Positions 13,733-22,069 of a stretch of 40,438 nt of DNA are shown piece by piece (the first letter of the stretch is position 1; every line of letters starts with the position of its first letter). Source of the stretch: a virus; the IMG/VR virus record IMGVR_UViG_3300045988_169891, positions 1 through 40,438 of that record; one strand, 5' to 3'. The position numbers and the translations under genes are program-made. The notes beneath the pieces are model-generated. The model was not told the DNA's origin. It searched no databases and saw nothing but the letters and a program-made list of their open reading frames with translations.

Positions 13733-14397
13733 CCACGAAATACACGACCGAGGAAGTCAAACAGCTCTACAACATCGCCATCGACCAGGGCTGGGATGCG
13801 CTGGAATCCAACGAAAAGATAGCTGTCGGCCGATACTGCCGCGCGCACGGCATCAACCGTCCCGGCCTTGAACCCCAGACGGCGCCATCGCCACTGCCCG
13901 AACAGGCCCCCGAGACGCCGGCACCCCAAACAGCCGAAGAAACGAAAACCACACAAACCGAGACCAGCGCCGAGCCAATCACAGGCGAACAGTATTTCAA
14001 GCATCTCGGACTGGGCTCGGCGCAGTCCGTGGAAACGGAGATCAGCAAGCTCGAAACACCCCAAACAGGCGACGTCACCGCGTCCGACACCGATCTGGAA
14101 CTGCTGCGCAGCGTCCGGTTCATCGAACGTTGGCCCGATGACATCGTGACCACCCCTGCACGAACCGCCAGCAAATGGAAGCGGACCGCGCAGGCATTGC
14201 GCCGCTTCCCCGACCGTCCGGCCATCGTCGCCGAAGGCAAAAGCCGTCGCCGCGCCCTCGAACTGCGCCGCCGCCTACGTAACGCGAAATTCAAGGGCTT
14301 CGAGCCCCAAGGTGCATACCGGGTGGAAATCGCGCCCGACCGCCGCCACAAGGACCGCTACGTCGTCATCGCGCAATATCGGGGAGCCGGACGATGA
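13729..14397 (+). CDS. hypothetical protein with P/E/T-rich linker
   Basis: ATG follows AAGGAG, with an ATGA overlap on the ssb stop. Confidence 0.75.
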   Translation: MTTKYTTEEVKQLYNIAIDQGWDALESNEKIAVGRYCRAHGINRPGLEPQTAPSPLPEQAPETPAPQTAEETKTTQTETSAEPITGEQYFKHLGLGSAQSVETEISKLETPQTGDVTASDTDLELLRSVRFIERWPDDIVTTPARTASKWKRTAQALRRFPDRPAIVAEGKSRRRALELRRRLRNAKFKGFEPQGAYRVEIAPDRRHKDRYVVIAQYRGAGR

Positions 14398-15005
14398 ACG
14401 GCAACGACAACAACGGCCAGCCGCTCGACATCATCGTGCAGGGTATGCCCATCACCAAGGGCAGCGTCCAACCATGGCGAACCAAACACGGCAAAGCGGT
14501 CAGCGTCGACGCAAGACTGCAATCCTGGGAAGCCGCGATCCGCGGCACGGCCGTCAGCATGATGACCGCCAGCGGACTCAAACCCTACGACTGCCCAATC
14601 TCCATCACCGGCGAAATCCGAGTGCCCCGAACCGACAAGCTCCACGACCTGCCCGCATGGCAGACCGCGAAAACCTCAGGCGGAGGCGACCTCGACAAAC
14701 TCCAACGCGCCATCGGCGACGCGCTCCAAACCACCAACAGCCGATACCCCGGCCGAAACCGCGAGGGAGTGATCTCCAACGACAGCCGCATCATCCACTG
14801 GCAGATCAGCAAACGCTACGCCGACGAAACCCGCCCCGAAGGCGTCTACCTGACCATCCGACCCATCAGCACGCCGGAACTGCCCGACTGGCAACCCGCA
14901 ACCCCAGCCGGGCGAACCATCCACGACAACCTGCAACGCCGAAGCCAACGCCTCGCCGACATGCTGCGCCAACACCCCCACGACCGAAAGGACACCACCA
15001 AGTGA
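14394..15005 (+). CDS. rusA: RusA-like Holliday-junction resolvase
   Basis: Motifs: MPITKGS..., GGGDLDKLQRAIGDAL and VISNDSRI, typical of RusA endodeoxyribonucleases. Confidence 0.8.
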   Translation: MNGNDNNGQPLDIIVQGMPITKGSVQPWRTKHGKAVSVDARLQSWEAAIRGTAVSMMTASGLKPYDCPISITGEIRVPRTDKLHDLPAWQTAKTSGGGDLDKLQRAIGDALQTTNSRYPGRNREGVISNDSRIIHWQISKRYADETRPEGVYLTIRPISTPELPDWQPATPAGRTIHDNLQRRSQRLADMLRQHPHDRKDTTK

Positions 15006-15124
15006 GCAAACACAAGCACCGCCGCCAAACCATCGAACACCAACGACAGAAAGCCCGCCGCAAACGCCGCCCCCACACCATCAACCAGGAACCACAAAAC
15101 TACGAGAACCGCGAGAACCAATGA
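15002..15124 (+). CDS. 40-aa highly basic peptide
   Basis: GTGA overlap with the rusA stop and ATGA overlap with the next start, i.e. a chain of translational coupling. Composition alone is weak evidence. Confidence 0.35.
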   Translation: MSKHKHRRQTIEHQRQKARRKRRPHTINQEPQNYENRENQ

Positions 15125-15354
15125 GCACCATCATCAACACCACAGGACACACCACCGGCATCACTTTGACCGATGCCGACTGGAACACCACCCACATCGA
15201 AAACGGAGGCAGCAGAATAACCATCCTCGCCCACACCGACGAATACCCCCAACTCGTCGCCGACCTCGCACTCCACCTCACCACCATCACCCCAAACCCC
15301 GGCATCCGACAAACCGCCCAAGCACTCGCCGAAGCCATCAACCAAGGAGCGTGA
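15121..15354 (+). CDS. hypothetical protein
   Basis: Track ORF, 77 aa. Confidence 0.65.
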   Translation: MSTIINTTGHTTGITLTDADWNTTHIENGGSRITILAHTDEYPQLVADLALHLTTITPNPGIRQTAQALAEAINQGA

Positions 15355-15364
15355 CCCGCACGAA

Positions 15365-16831
15365 ATGACCCCCACCATCACCCTCATCGGCACCACCCGA
15401 CTCAAGCCGAACCCCAACAACCCCCGCAAGGACATCGGAGACATCACCGCGCTCGCCGACAGCATCCGCGCGCACGGCATCCAGCAGGAGCTCGTCGTCA
15501 CCCCCATCACCGATTCAACCGATTACAGGGTGGTAATCGGCCACAGGAGACTCGCCGCCTCCCAACAGGCCGGACTCGCACAGGTGCCATGCCGGATCAT
15601 GGAACTCTCGCCCAAGGACGAACGCGAGCTCATGGTCATCGAGAACACGCAACGCCACGACCTGACGCCCATCGAGGAAGCCGACGCCTACCAGGGACTG
15701 CTCGATCTGGGCAGCAGCATCGAGGACATGGCCGAAAAGACCGGCCGCAGCACCGACTTCGTGCGCCGCCGCCTCAAAATCGCGGGAATCCCACGCCTCA
15801 CCCGAGCCCTCGCCAAGGACTTCAACCAACTGTCACTCTCCGACCTGGACGTGCTCGCCGAATTCCAAGGCGACGAGGAAACCCAGCAGGAACTCGCACG
15901 CCAAGCCGGAACCAACAACTGGGACTGGACGGTACGCAAGGCCCGCGAGGAACGCAAGGGAACCGCGTGGATGAACAAGGCGCTCGACTACATGCACCGT
16001 GCCGGCCTCAAAACCTGCCAAGCACCCTCGAACTGGTGGAATGACGCGCCGGAAGGCTACCAATACTCAACCTGCATCACCAACATCCAAAACACCAGCT
16101 TCGAAAAACAATGGCAGAAGCTCACCGGCGACAAGCCGAACATCAATGCCATCATCGGGCTCGACGAGACCGACCACAGGGCCATCGTCTACGAGCGCAT
16201 CCCCCAAGACCAGATCGACAACGCCAACCGGGCGAAACAAGCCGAAAAACAACGCCGAGCCCATGCGCGCGAACAGACGAAGAAGGCACGGGAACTGCAC
16301 GACGCCAGCCAGGCACTGCGCGCCGAATGGATCCGCAAAACCCAGAACACATGGAAGAAACCCATGATGCAACAGGCCCTCCTGCACCTGGTAGACGGCG
16401 AAATCCTCGGCAACGACGAATACCGGTTCCCCGCAGGCTCCGGCGACATCAACTGGTCCGACAAGGCCATCGCCGCCTACAACCGCATGACCACGCCACT
16501 GCCCATCACCGGCAAAGACCCCGACAACGGCATCTGGCACATAACCACAGGCAAAAACCTTGACGAACTGCGCCGACGAGCCCGCACAGGCAACACACGC
16601 CAACTCCAACTCATCCTCATTCTGCTCGCACGCCGCGAAGCCGACATCAACCCCGGGGCATGGACCAACAAAAACCAGCTGGACAGCCTGCAACACATCA
16701 ACGACTACTACCAAGCCCTCGAACTGCTCGGATACAAGCCCAGCGACGCGGAAACGCAGGCGCTCGCCGGAAGTCTCATCGAGGTTATGAAGGAAGGAGA
16801 CGGCCATGACGACGATCATGATGCCGAGTAG
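15365..16831 (+). CDS. ParB/Srx-like nuclease-domain protein with long uncharacterised C-terminal region
   Basis: The N-terminus reads LKPNPNNPRKDIGDITALADSIRAHGIQQELVV ... VIGHRRLAAS ... ENTQRHDLTPIEEA, the ParB N-terminal domain motifs. Confidence 0.85.
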   Translation: MTPTITLIGTTRLKPNPNNPRKDIGDITALADSIRAHGIQQELVVTPITDSTDYRVVIGHRRLAASQQAGLAQVPCRIMELSPKDERELMVIENTQRHDLTPIEEADAYQGLLDLGSSIEDMAEKTGRSTDFVRRRLKIAGIPRLTRALAKDFNQLSLSDLDVLAEFQGDEETQQELARQAGTNNWDWTVRKAREERKGTAWMNKALDYMHRAGLKTCQAPSNWWNDAPEGYQYSTCITNIQNTSFEKQWQKLTGDKPNINAIIGLDETDHRAIVYERIPQDQIDNANRAKQAEKQRRAHAREQTKKARELHDASQALRAEWIRKTQNTWKKPMMQQALLHLVDGEILGNDEYRFPAGSGDINWSDKAIAAYNRMTTPLPITGKDPDNGIWHITTGKNLDELRRRARTGNTRQLQLILILLARREADINPGAWTNKNQLDSLQHINDYYQALELLGYKPSDAETQALAGSLIEVMKEGDGHDDDHDAE

Positions 16832-17063
16832 ACGCCAGACGGCACGCCAGCGCTGCAAGTGGGCGGCGGCGTGCGGCGCACTCGATGCCATGGGAATGCT
16901 GATCGACCAGCTGGCCACCAGCATGGGCCGGTTGCGCGACCAGGGCGCTCCCGAGGACGTGCTCGAAGACCTGACCATTACGCTCGCCCGACTGCGTGAA
17001 ACCCGCAAGGCGGTGTCATCGGCCAGCCGACGACTGTGGACCCGAGTGGAGGACATGCCATGA
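16806..17063 (+). CDS. hypothetical protein
   Basis: Track ORF. AGGAGA Shine-Dalgarno 5 nt upstream. Confidence 0.6.
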   Translation: MTTIMMPSRRQTARQRCKWAAACGALDAMGMLIDQLATSMGRLRDQGAPEDVLEDLTITLARLRETRKAVSSASRRLWTRVEDMP

Positions 17064-17260
17064 GCCGCCAACGACTCTCGCCGACCATGGTCGAAACACT
17101 GATCGCCATGCTCAACCGCAACGCCTACCCCGCATACGAAAACAATTCGCGCACCTTCGCCAGCCTGGAGGAGCGCGGGCTCATACAACCGGACATCGAA
17201 GGCAACTGGAGCCTGACCGACACCGGCCACCAGACCGCCCTCAAACTACTCAAGAGGTGA
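17060..17260 (+). CDS. hypothetical protein (66 aa)
   Basis: ATGA overlap with the previous stop. Internal Met of track ORF 17036..17260. Confidence 0.6.
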   Translation: MSRQRLSPTMVETLIAMLNRNAYPAYENNSRTFASLEERGLIQPDIEGNWSLTDTGHQTALKLLKR

Positions 17261-17266
17261 CATCAC

Positions 17267-17764
17267 ATGGGCAGATGGGTCGAAAACGAGAAGAACCGCG
17301 TGAAATCCCGTCACATGGTCGAACAATCGATGGACTGGCTCGACGACGTCGAAATCGGGGATCCGGACGGACGGCCGTTGCGCTGCTGGAGGAGTCGCGA
17401 CTACAGCGCCATGCTGTTCCGCGACCAAGCCAGCGGACTGCTGCGACTGGCCATCACGCGCGTCCAGCTCGACAAATACACGCTCGAATACCGCGACGGC
17501 ATCAGCTGGGACGCATTGCAGCAGATCAAGAACGAGACCATGGGCCCCGACGTGTGGGCCGTCGAATGCTACCCGCCGCAACACCTCGTCCAGAACGTCG
17601 CCAACATGCGCCACCTGTGGATCCTCGAGGAACCACCCGCATTCGGGTGGAAGATACCCACCGGCGAACCCGAGACAACCGATGACGCCGACATCACCGA
17701 AGGCGAACCATACCGGCCCGCCGCATCCACGCAACAGGTCTTCTATTATGAGGGGGAATCATGA
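17267..17764 (+). CDS. hypothetical protein
   Basis: Track ORF, 165 aa. Confidence 0.75.
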   Translation: MGRWVENEKNRVKSRHMVEQSMDWLDDVEIGDPDGRPLRCWRSRDYSAMLFRDQASGLLRLAITRVQLDKYTLEYRDGISWDALQQIKNETMGPDVWAVECYPPQHLVQNVANMRHLWILEEPPAFGWKIPTGEPETTDDADITEGEPYRPAASTQQVFYYEGES

Positions 17765-18756
17765 GCTCACTGCTTTACGGACGCGCGAAACGAATCAAGG
17801 TCGGCGACCGCTCCGCCAAACTCTTTCTGCTGATCCTGTGCGACTACGCGGACGAGAACAACCGCGCATGGCCAAGCATCGACCGGCTCATGGCCGAAGG
17901 CGAGGCCAGCGCAAGCACCGTGCAACGAGCCCTGCGCTACCTCGAAGACCACGGGCTCATCACCCGAGACGAAGACTACGGCACCCGCTACCGCGCAGAC
18001 CGAAGCCCCTACGTCTACCACATCACCCTCGACGGCCATAACCACGTCGAATACAAAAAACGCAAAAAGCAGCAAACCACGAAAAAACGGGGTAGCACCA
18101 GTGACACCCCGTCAGATTCACGGGGTAGCACCCATGACACCCCGCAATCCGACCACGGGGTGTCACCCATGACCTCACGGGGTGTCACCGGTGACTATCA
18201 CGGGGTGTCACCCATGACTTCACGGGGTGTCACCCATGACACCCAATCTCTTAAAGAACCATCATTAGAACCACCAAGAGAGAGTACTCGCACGCAAAAA
18301 ACAAAAATCACCATCGAACAAGCGTTCGACTCCCGCAAACAGGCGCTCGCCCTCTACCGGCCGACACCGGACCTCACCGCGCTCGCCGCCAGCTACGGGC
18401 TCGACCCAGACTGGGAACTCGGAAAGTTCAAGGACGCCTGCCTCGCCAACGGGAAAATCCCATACGACCTCGCCGCCGCCTACCGCAACTGGCTCAAACG
18501 CGGCCGCGAACTCAACATCGGCACCCCAACCGAAACCACGACCACAGCCAGCGACCAAGCCACGGAACTCGAACGCCGAGCCCGCAAAATCCTCGACACC
18601 AGCACACCGCTCAAAAACCGCCAACCCGACGACGGCGAGCGCCTGCGCTGGCTGCCACACGTCACCCGACTGCTCGCCCAGGGCACCGACGCGGCCCGCA
18701 TCGTGGAACTCCTGTGCCAGGCCATCGACCGGGGCGAACTGGACGAGGCCGCGTGA
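17761..18756 (+). CDS. winged-helix/HTH replication initiator-like protein containing internal iterons
   Basis: The N-terminal FLLILCDYADENNRAWPSIDRLMAEGEASASTVQRALRYLEDHGLI is a typical HTH of phage replication/organiser proteins. The middle of the gene carries six DNA repeats. Confidence 0.8.
   Translation: MSSLLYGRAKRIKVGDRSAKLFLLILCDYADENNRAWPSIDRLMAEGEASASTVQRALRYLEDHGLITRDEDYGTRYRADRSPYVYHITLDGHNHVEYKKRKKQQTTKKRGSTSDTPSDSRGSTHDTPQSDHGVSPMTSRGVTGDYHGVSPMTSRGVTHDTQSLKEPSLEPPRESTRTQKTKITIEQAFDSRKQALALYRPTPDLTALAASYGLDPDWELGKFKDACLANGKIPYDLAAAYRNWLKRGRELNIGTPTETTTTASDQATELERRARKILDTSTPLKNRQPDDGERLRWLPHVTRLLAQGTDAARIVELLCQAIDRGELDEAA
18088..18244 (+). repeat. six direct ~18-23-bp iterons CGGGGT(A/G)(G/T)CACC(C/A/G)(A/G)TGAC: candidate replication origin
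   Basis: Copies start at 18088, 18121, 18156, 18178, 18201 and 18223, spaced 33, 35, 22, 23 and 22 bp. Several extend to an internal inverted repeat GGGGTGTCA/TGACACCCC. Confidence 0.7.
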
Positions 18757-19034
18757 TGGGCAGCATGCAAGCCACCATCGACTGGCGGACAGCCACACCC
18801 GAAGAGCTCGACGGCCACCGGTGCATCATCACCACCGTGGACGGCACGATCATCGACGGATACCTCAAAGCCATCCCGCCATTCACCCCCGAATACCAGC
18901 TCACCAGGTTCGTGCTCCACGACCGAGACCTCTGCCTCGGACAACTGCGCATCCTGTCCCTCAACCCCAAACACGGCACGGCAATCCTCCAACCACACAT
19001 CCGAACACTCACCGTCACACAAGACCACCGATAA
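18756..19034 (+). CDS. hypothetical protein (92 aa)
   Basis: The ATG overlaps the previous stop (TGATG). Internal Met of track ORF 18714..19034. Confidence 0.65.
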   Translation: MGSMQATIDWRTATPEELDGHRCIITTVDGTIIDGYLKAIPPFTPEYQLTRFVLHDRDLCLGQLRILSLNPKHGTAILQPHIRTLTVTQDHR

Positions 19035-19054
19035 CCACAGAAAGGACAGAAACC

Positions 19055-19396
19055 ATGAACAACGACGGCATCATCAGCCTCATCAAAACGGCGCTCGCCG
19101 CCAACTGCCAGATCAGTCTGACATTCACGCCCAAGGCATTCCTCGGAGACGCCGACGAAGAAGGCCCCGAAGCGCACGACTGTACGACGCAGCTGCCGGA
19201 CCATGACGGACTCTGGTACGACAACACGGACAATCTCTGGTGGATCTCCAGCGACACGGCGGTATGCATCCGCGAGGACGGCGACTGGAGCATGGGGGAC
19301 TTGGAGATAGCCAAGCACTCCATCAAATCCGGCAGCATCAGCATGTTCGCCCCATTCCGCCCAGCCACGGTAACGACACAAGGAAAAGAATCATGA
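19055..19396 (+). CDS. hypothetical protein (113 aa)
   Basis: ATG follows AAAGGACAGAAACC. Internal Met of track ORF 18821..19396. Confidence 0.7.
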   Translation: MNNDGIISLIKTALAANCQISLTFTPKAFLGDADEEGPEAHDCTTQLPDHDGLWYDNTDNLWWISSDTAVCIREDGDWSMGDLEIAKHSIKSGSISMFAPFRPATVTTQGKES

Positions 19397-19668
19397 AACA
19401 AACCACAAGAATCAGCACGCTTATCTGCACCATCCTCGGCATCATCGCGCTCGCCGGATGCGAGGGCACTCCCATCGACTCTTCGGCTGATAAACACACC
19501 GAAGCGGTGACCCAGAGCGAATGCTCCACCTACAACGCCCAGTGGGAAACCTGCACGATCACGATGCCGGACAGCCGCCGCGTGACCTGTATCGCACACG
19601 ACAGCAACGCCGGCATCTCCTGCGACTGGGACCACGCGGACGGAGCCGACAAAGGATGGACGGAATAA
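19393..19668 (+). CDS. small Cys-rich lipoprotein (91 aa)
   Basis: ATGA overlap. The signal peptide MKQTTRISTLICTILGIIALAGC has a LAGC lipobox. The mature part has five further Cys residues. Confidence 0.7.
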   Translation: MKQTTRISTLICTILGIIALAGCEGTPIDSSADKHTEAVTQSECSTYNAQWETCTITMPDSRRVTCIAHDSNAGISCDWDHADGADKGWTE

Positions 19669-19856
19669 GCGTCAAACAGTCCATCGAAATCGAAACCAAA
19701 GGTTACGCCACGCTCATGATGGGAGTCGCGCCAGCAGGACAATTCAAAATCCGCTTCGCCGACTCCGGAGAACATGAAATCGATTTGGCGGGACGTGCAG
19801 GCACTCAACAAGTTCCTCGCACAAGTTCTGGATCGAGACATACCGGAGGAACCACA

Positions 19857-20087
19857 ATGGCAATCCTGAAACACACATACAAAGTCACCATCATCCGCAC
19901 CGGCATCGGATACGACATCTTCATCAACGAATTCGCCACCGACGGCACCCGCCGCGAATACGAACGACGACACCACACGTGGGCCCTAACCAGTCACGGA
20001 GCCGACCGTGCGGCCCAACGACTCATCAGCCGCATCAAACGACAAAACCAGCGAGACGAACACCCACGCGAATACACCATCGAATAG
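19857..20087 (+). CDS. hypothetical protein (76 aa)
   Basis: ATG follows GGAGGAACCACA. The same frame is open back to 19655, so the true start is ambiguous (see finding). Confidence 0.55.
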   Translation: MAILKHTYKVTIIRTGIGYDIFINEFATDGTRREYERRHHTWALTSHGADRAAQRLISRIKRQNQRDEHPREYTIE

Positions 20088-20094
20088 GACGACA

Positions 20095-20220
20095 ATGAGC
20101 AACAAACCGAATCGAATCACCGACATCCTCGTCAACATCGCCAGCATCGTAACCGTCACCGGATGGGCGGCAGCTGTCGTCCTGCTCATCATCAAACTCG
20201 GCATCTGGGTATTCCAATGA
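20095..20220 (+). CDS. 41-aa membrane peptide
   Basis: Internal Met of track ORF 20008..20220. The TM segment is ILVNIASIVTVTGWAAAVVLLIIKLGIWV. Confidence 0.5.
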   Translation: MSNKPNRITDILVNIASIVTVTGWAAAVVLLIIKLGIWVFQ

Positions 20221-20450
20221 TGAGCGAGACCGACTGACTGCCACACGCCGCCTGCAAAACCGCAGACCCAGACCTGTTCTTCCCCAGCACACCCGCCGAA
20301 GAACAAGCAGCAAAACGAATCTGCGCCACATGCCCCGTCCAACAAAACTGCGAACACTACGCCAACACCCACTCCATCAACAGCCACCACCTCACCGGCA
20401 TCTGGGGAGGAAAAACTCTACAAACCCCGCAACCCAAGAAAGAAGACCAC
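20217..20450 (+). CDS. WhiB-like [4Fe-4S] transcription-factor domain, interrupted by in-frame TGA (20235-20237) and continuous in frame with 20451..21212
   Basis: Hand translation: MMSETD*LPHAACKTADPDLFFPSTPAEEQAAKRICATCPVQQNCEHYA...LTGIWGGK. This shows the four-Cys pattern C-x(n)-C-x2-C-x5-C plus the DPDLFFP and GIWGG motifs. The ATG forms an ATGA overlap with the previous stop. There is no ATG/GTG/TTG between 20238 and 20451. Confidence 0.7.
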
Positions 20451-21212
20451 ATGAACCAAAAACAGCGAATCTGCCCAGTCTGCAACACCACCGCGCTCGC
20501 CGATGATGACTATGTGTGCAAGGCGTGCGCCTGGTGCTGGCAGACGGACATGCTGCAGCTGGCCGGTCTGATCCCCGATCTGGAGTTGGTGGCGGCGAAA
20601 CAGGCCAGTCCCTCACCACGGAACCAGGGAGCCAAAGGCAATCAGGGCAACGCCCCGCTGCCGATCAGCGAGCGCCCGTTTGATTTGCTTGAGCGGATTC
20701 GACGTTATGGTCTGAGCGTGTATCTGCTGGCCGGTGTGCGTCGGCGTGAGGATGAGAGCACGGTGAGCCTGATCACCGGGCTGGTGAACATGGATGGGTT
20801 CGCCCGGGTGGCTGGTGCGGCTCAGCTCGCGGTGACCGGTCATGAGCTGATTGGCGAGGCGTGGCGGATGTTCGTGCCTCGTGAGCCTCGCACGTGGGCG
20901 GGTGAGTGTCCGTCGTGCGAGGCTCAGGTGTATGCGTCGTTGTCGGCCAAGGTCGCGTATTGCGATGAGTGCGGTGGTCTCATCGATCTGACTTGGCTGA
21001 GGGCCGAGACGCTGAGGCGATTGTCCGTGAGCACGAAGACGTTCACGGCGGGGGAGCTGAGCCGGTGGCTCAAGTCATGGGGGCTCAAGGTGTCGAAGCG
21101 CAGCATCCAACGCTGGGCGAAGGACGGGCAGATCATCGTGGGGCCGGAGGATGCCGATGGTCGTCGCACCTACCAGATCGGGAGCATCCTGCGCAAGCTC
21201 AACGGCAAATAA
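20451..21212 (+). CDS. zinc-ribbon (CPVC..CKAC; CPSC..CDEC) protein with C-terminal HTH
   Basis: Track ORF, 253 aa. There are two CxxC pairs at each of two sites. The C-terminal FTAGELSRWLKSWGLKVSKRSIQRWAKDGQI is MerR/excisionase-like HTH. Confidence 0.8.
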   Translation: MNQKQRICPVCNTTALADDDYVCKACAWCWQTDMLQLAGLIPDLELVAAKQASPSPRNQGAKGNQGNAPLPISERPFDLLERIRRYGLSVYLLAGVRRREDESTVSLITGLVNMDGFARVAGAAQLAVTGHELIGEAWRMFVPREPRTWAGECPSCEAQVYASLSAKVAYCDECGGLIDLTWLRAETLRRLSVSTKTFTAGELSRWLKSWGLKVSKRSIQRWAKDGQIIVGPEDADGRRTYQIGSILRKLNGK

Positions 21213-21320
21213 ACTGGGCGCTGGGCTTGCGACACGCCGAAGGGGCTGGTGCAATCCGATTTGGCGCGGTATACATGCTACATGTGGTGTTTGGTGTAAG
21301 CACCATTAATCAAATCTTCT

Positions 21321-21356
21321 GAGAGCCCCGAACGGACAACCGTTTCGGGGCTCTCG
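21321..21356 (+). terminator. hairpin at the early/late boundary
   Basis: GAGAGCCCCGAACGG-ACAA-CCGTTTCGGGGCTCTC, a stem of about 15 bp with one bulge and no T tract. Confidence 0.5.
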
Positions 21357-21378
21357 CATATCCAGCCAAGGTACCGGC

Positions 21379-21693
21379 ATGAGTTCGAACCGTACCCACA
21401 ACAGGGCATTCAAAAAAGCCAAACAGGCATTCTTCGAAGACGGCAAACGGCTGGACGCCCTAGACGATCCCGCAGCCGACTGCTGGATATGCCGTGGCCG
21501 CATCGACTACAGCGTGCCGCCCGGCACCACGGACATGAGCCATGAGCTCGACCATTACTATCCGGTGCGCGACTATCCAGACCTGCAGGACGATCCCGCA
21601 GGCTTCCGCCACTCACACCGCAAATGCAACCGCGAGCGCGGTGCCGGCCAGCCCCGGCTCGACCTGGGCGATGTCATCCCCGCCTGGTGGTAG
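21379..21693 (+). CDS. HNH endonuclease (packaging-associated)
   Basis: CWICRG ... HELDHYYP ... HSHRKCNRERG (H-N-H with a Cys pair). It lies just upstream of the terminase genes. Confidence 0.85.
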   Translation: MSSNRTHNRAFKKAKQAFFEDGKRLDALDDPAADCWICRGRIDYSVPPGTTDMSHELDHYYPVRDYPDLQDDPAGFRHSHRKCNRERGAGQPRLDLGDVIPAWW

Positions 21694-21718
21694 CCGACCA
21701 ATCGAAAGGACTTGCGTC

Positions 21719-22069
21719 ATGGACAACGACCACAGCATCTGCCAACGATTGGCCATGATGCTCGACGAGGATCCGTCGTGCACGATACTGATCATCGGCC
21801 GATACATGCCGCCGGTGCGCGCCGAATACAACAAGGTCAGGCATCTCACGCGCAAGGCCAAGCTCCGGCCGACGCTCGCCAAGGCCGGGCATCTGCGGTC
21901 CGTGACCGCGCAGCAAGGCAGGCTTGAGGCGTTCGCGCCCATCGGCCTGGCCCGTGGCCGGCGTGCCCGCGCCGTGCTTCACATCGGCGAGCGCGATGAC
22001 CACATCGAGATGGTGCTTGATGCGTTCCGTGCGTCCGGCGCGATCGTTTACACGTCGTTGGGCGTCTGA
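21719..22069 (+). CDS. hypothetical protein (116 aa)
   Basis: Internal Met of track ORF 21542..22069. Confidence 0.6.
   Translation: MDNDHSICQRLAMMLDEDPSCTILIIGRYMPPVRAEYNKVRHLTRKAKLRPTLAKAGHLRSVTAQQGRLEAFAPIGLARGRRARAVLHIGERDDHIEMVLDAFRASGAIVYTSLGV

Noticed and set aside
18088-18244. CRISPR-like appearance of regularly spaced direct repeats.
   Set aside because: The repeats are only about 18-23 bp with 0-15-bp spacers. They lie inside an intact ORF, keep its frame, and no cas genes are present. Iterons fit better.
20235-20237. Genome-wide TGA-to-Trp stop-codon reassignment as the explanation for the in-frame TGA in the WhiB-like gene.
   Set aside because: TGA clearly terminates many well-defined genes here, often in ATGA/GTGA overlaps (for example ssb, rusA, portal and connector genes). 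Recoding would have to be local, not global.
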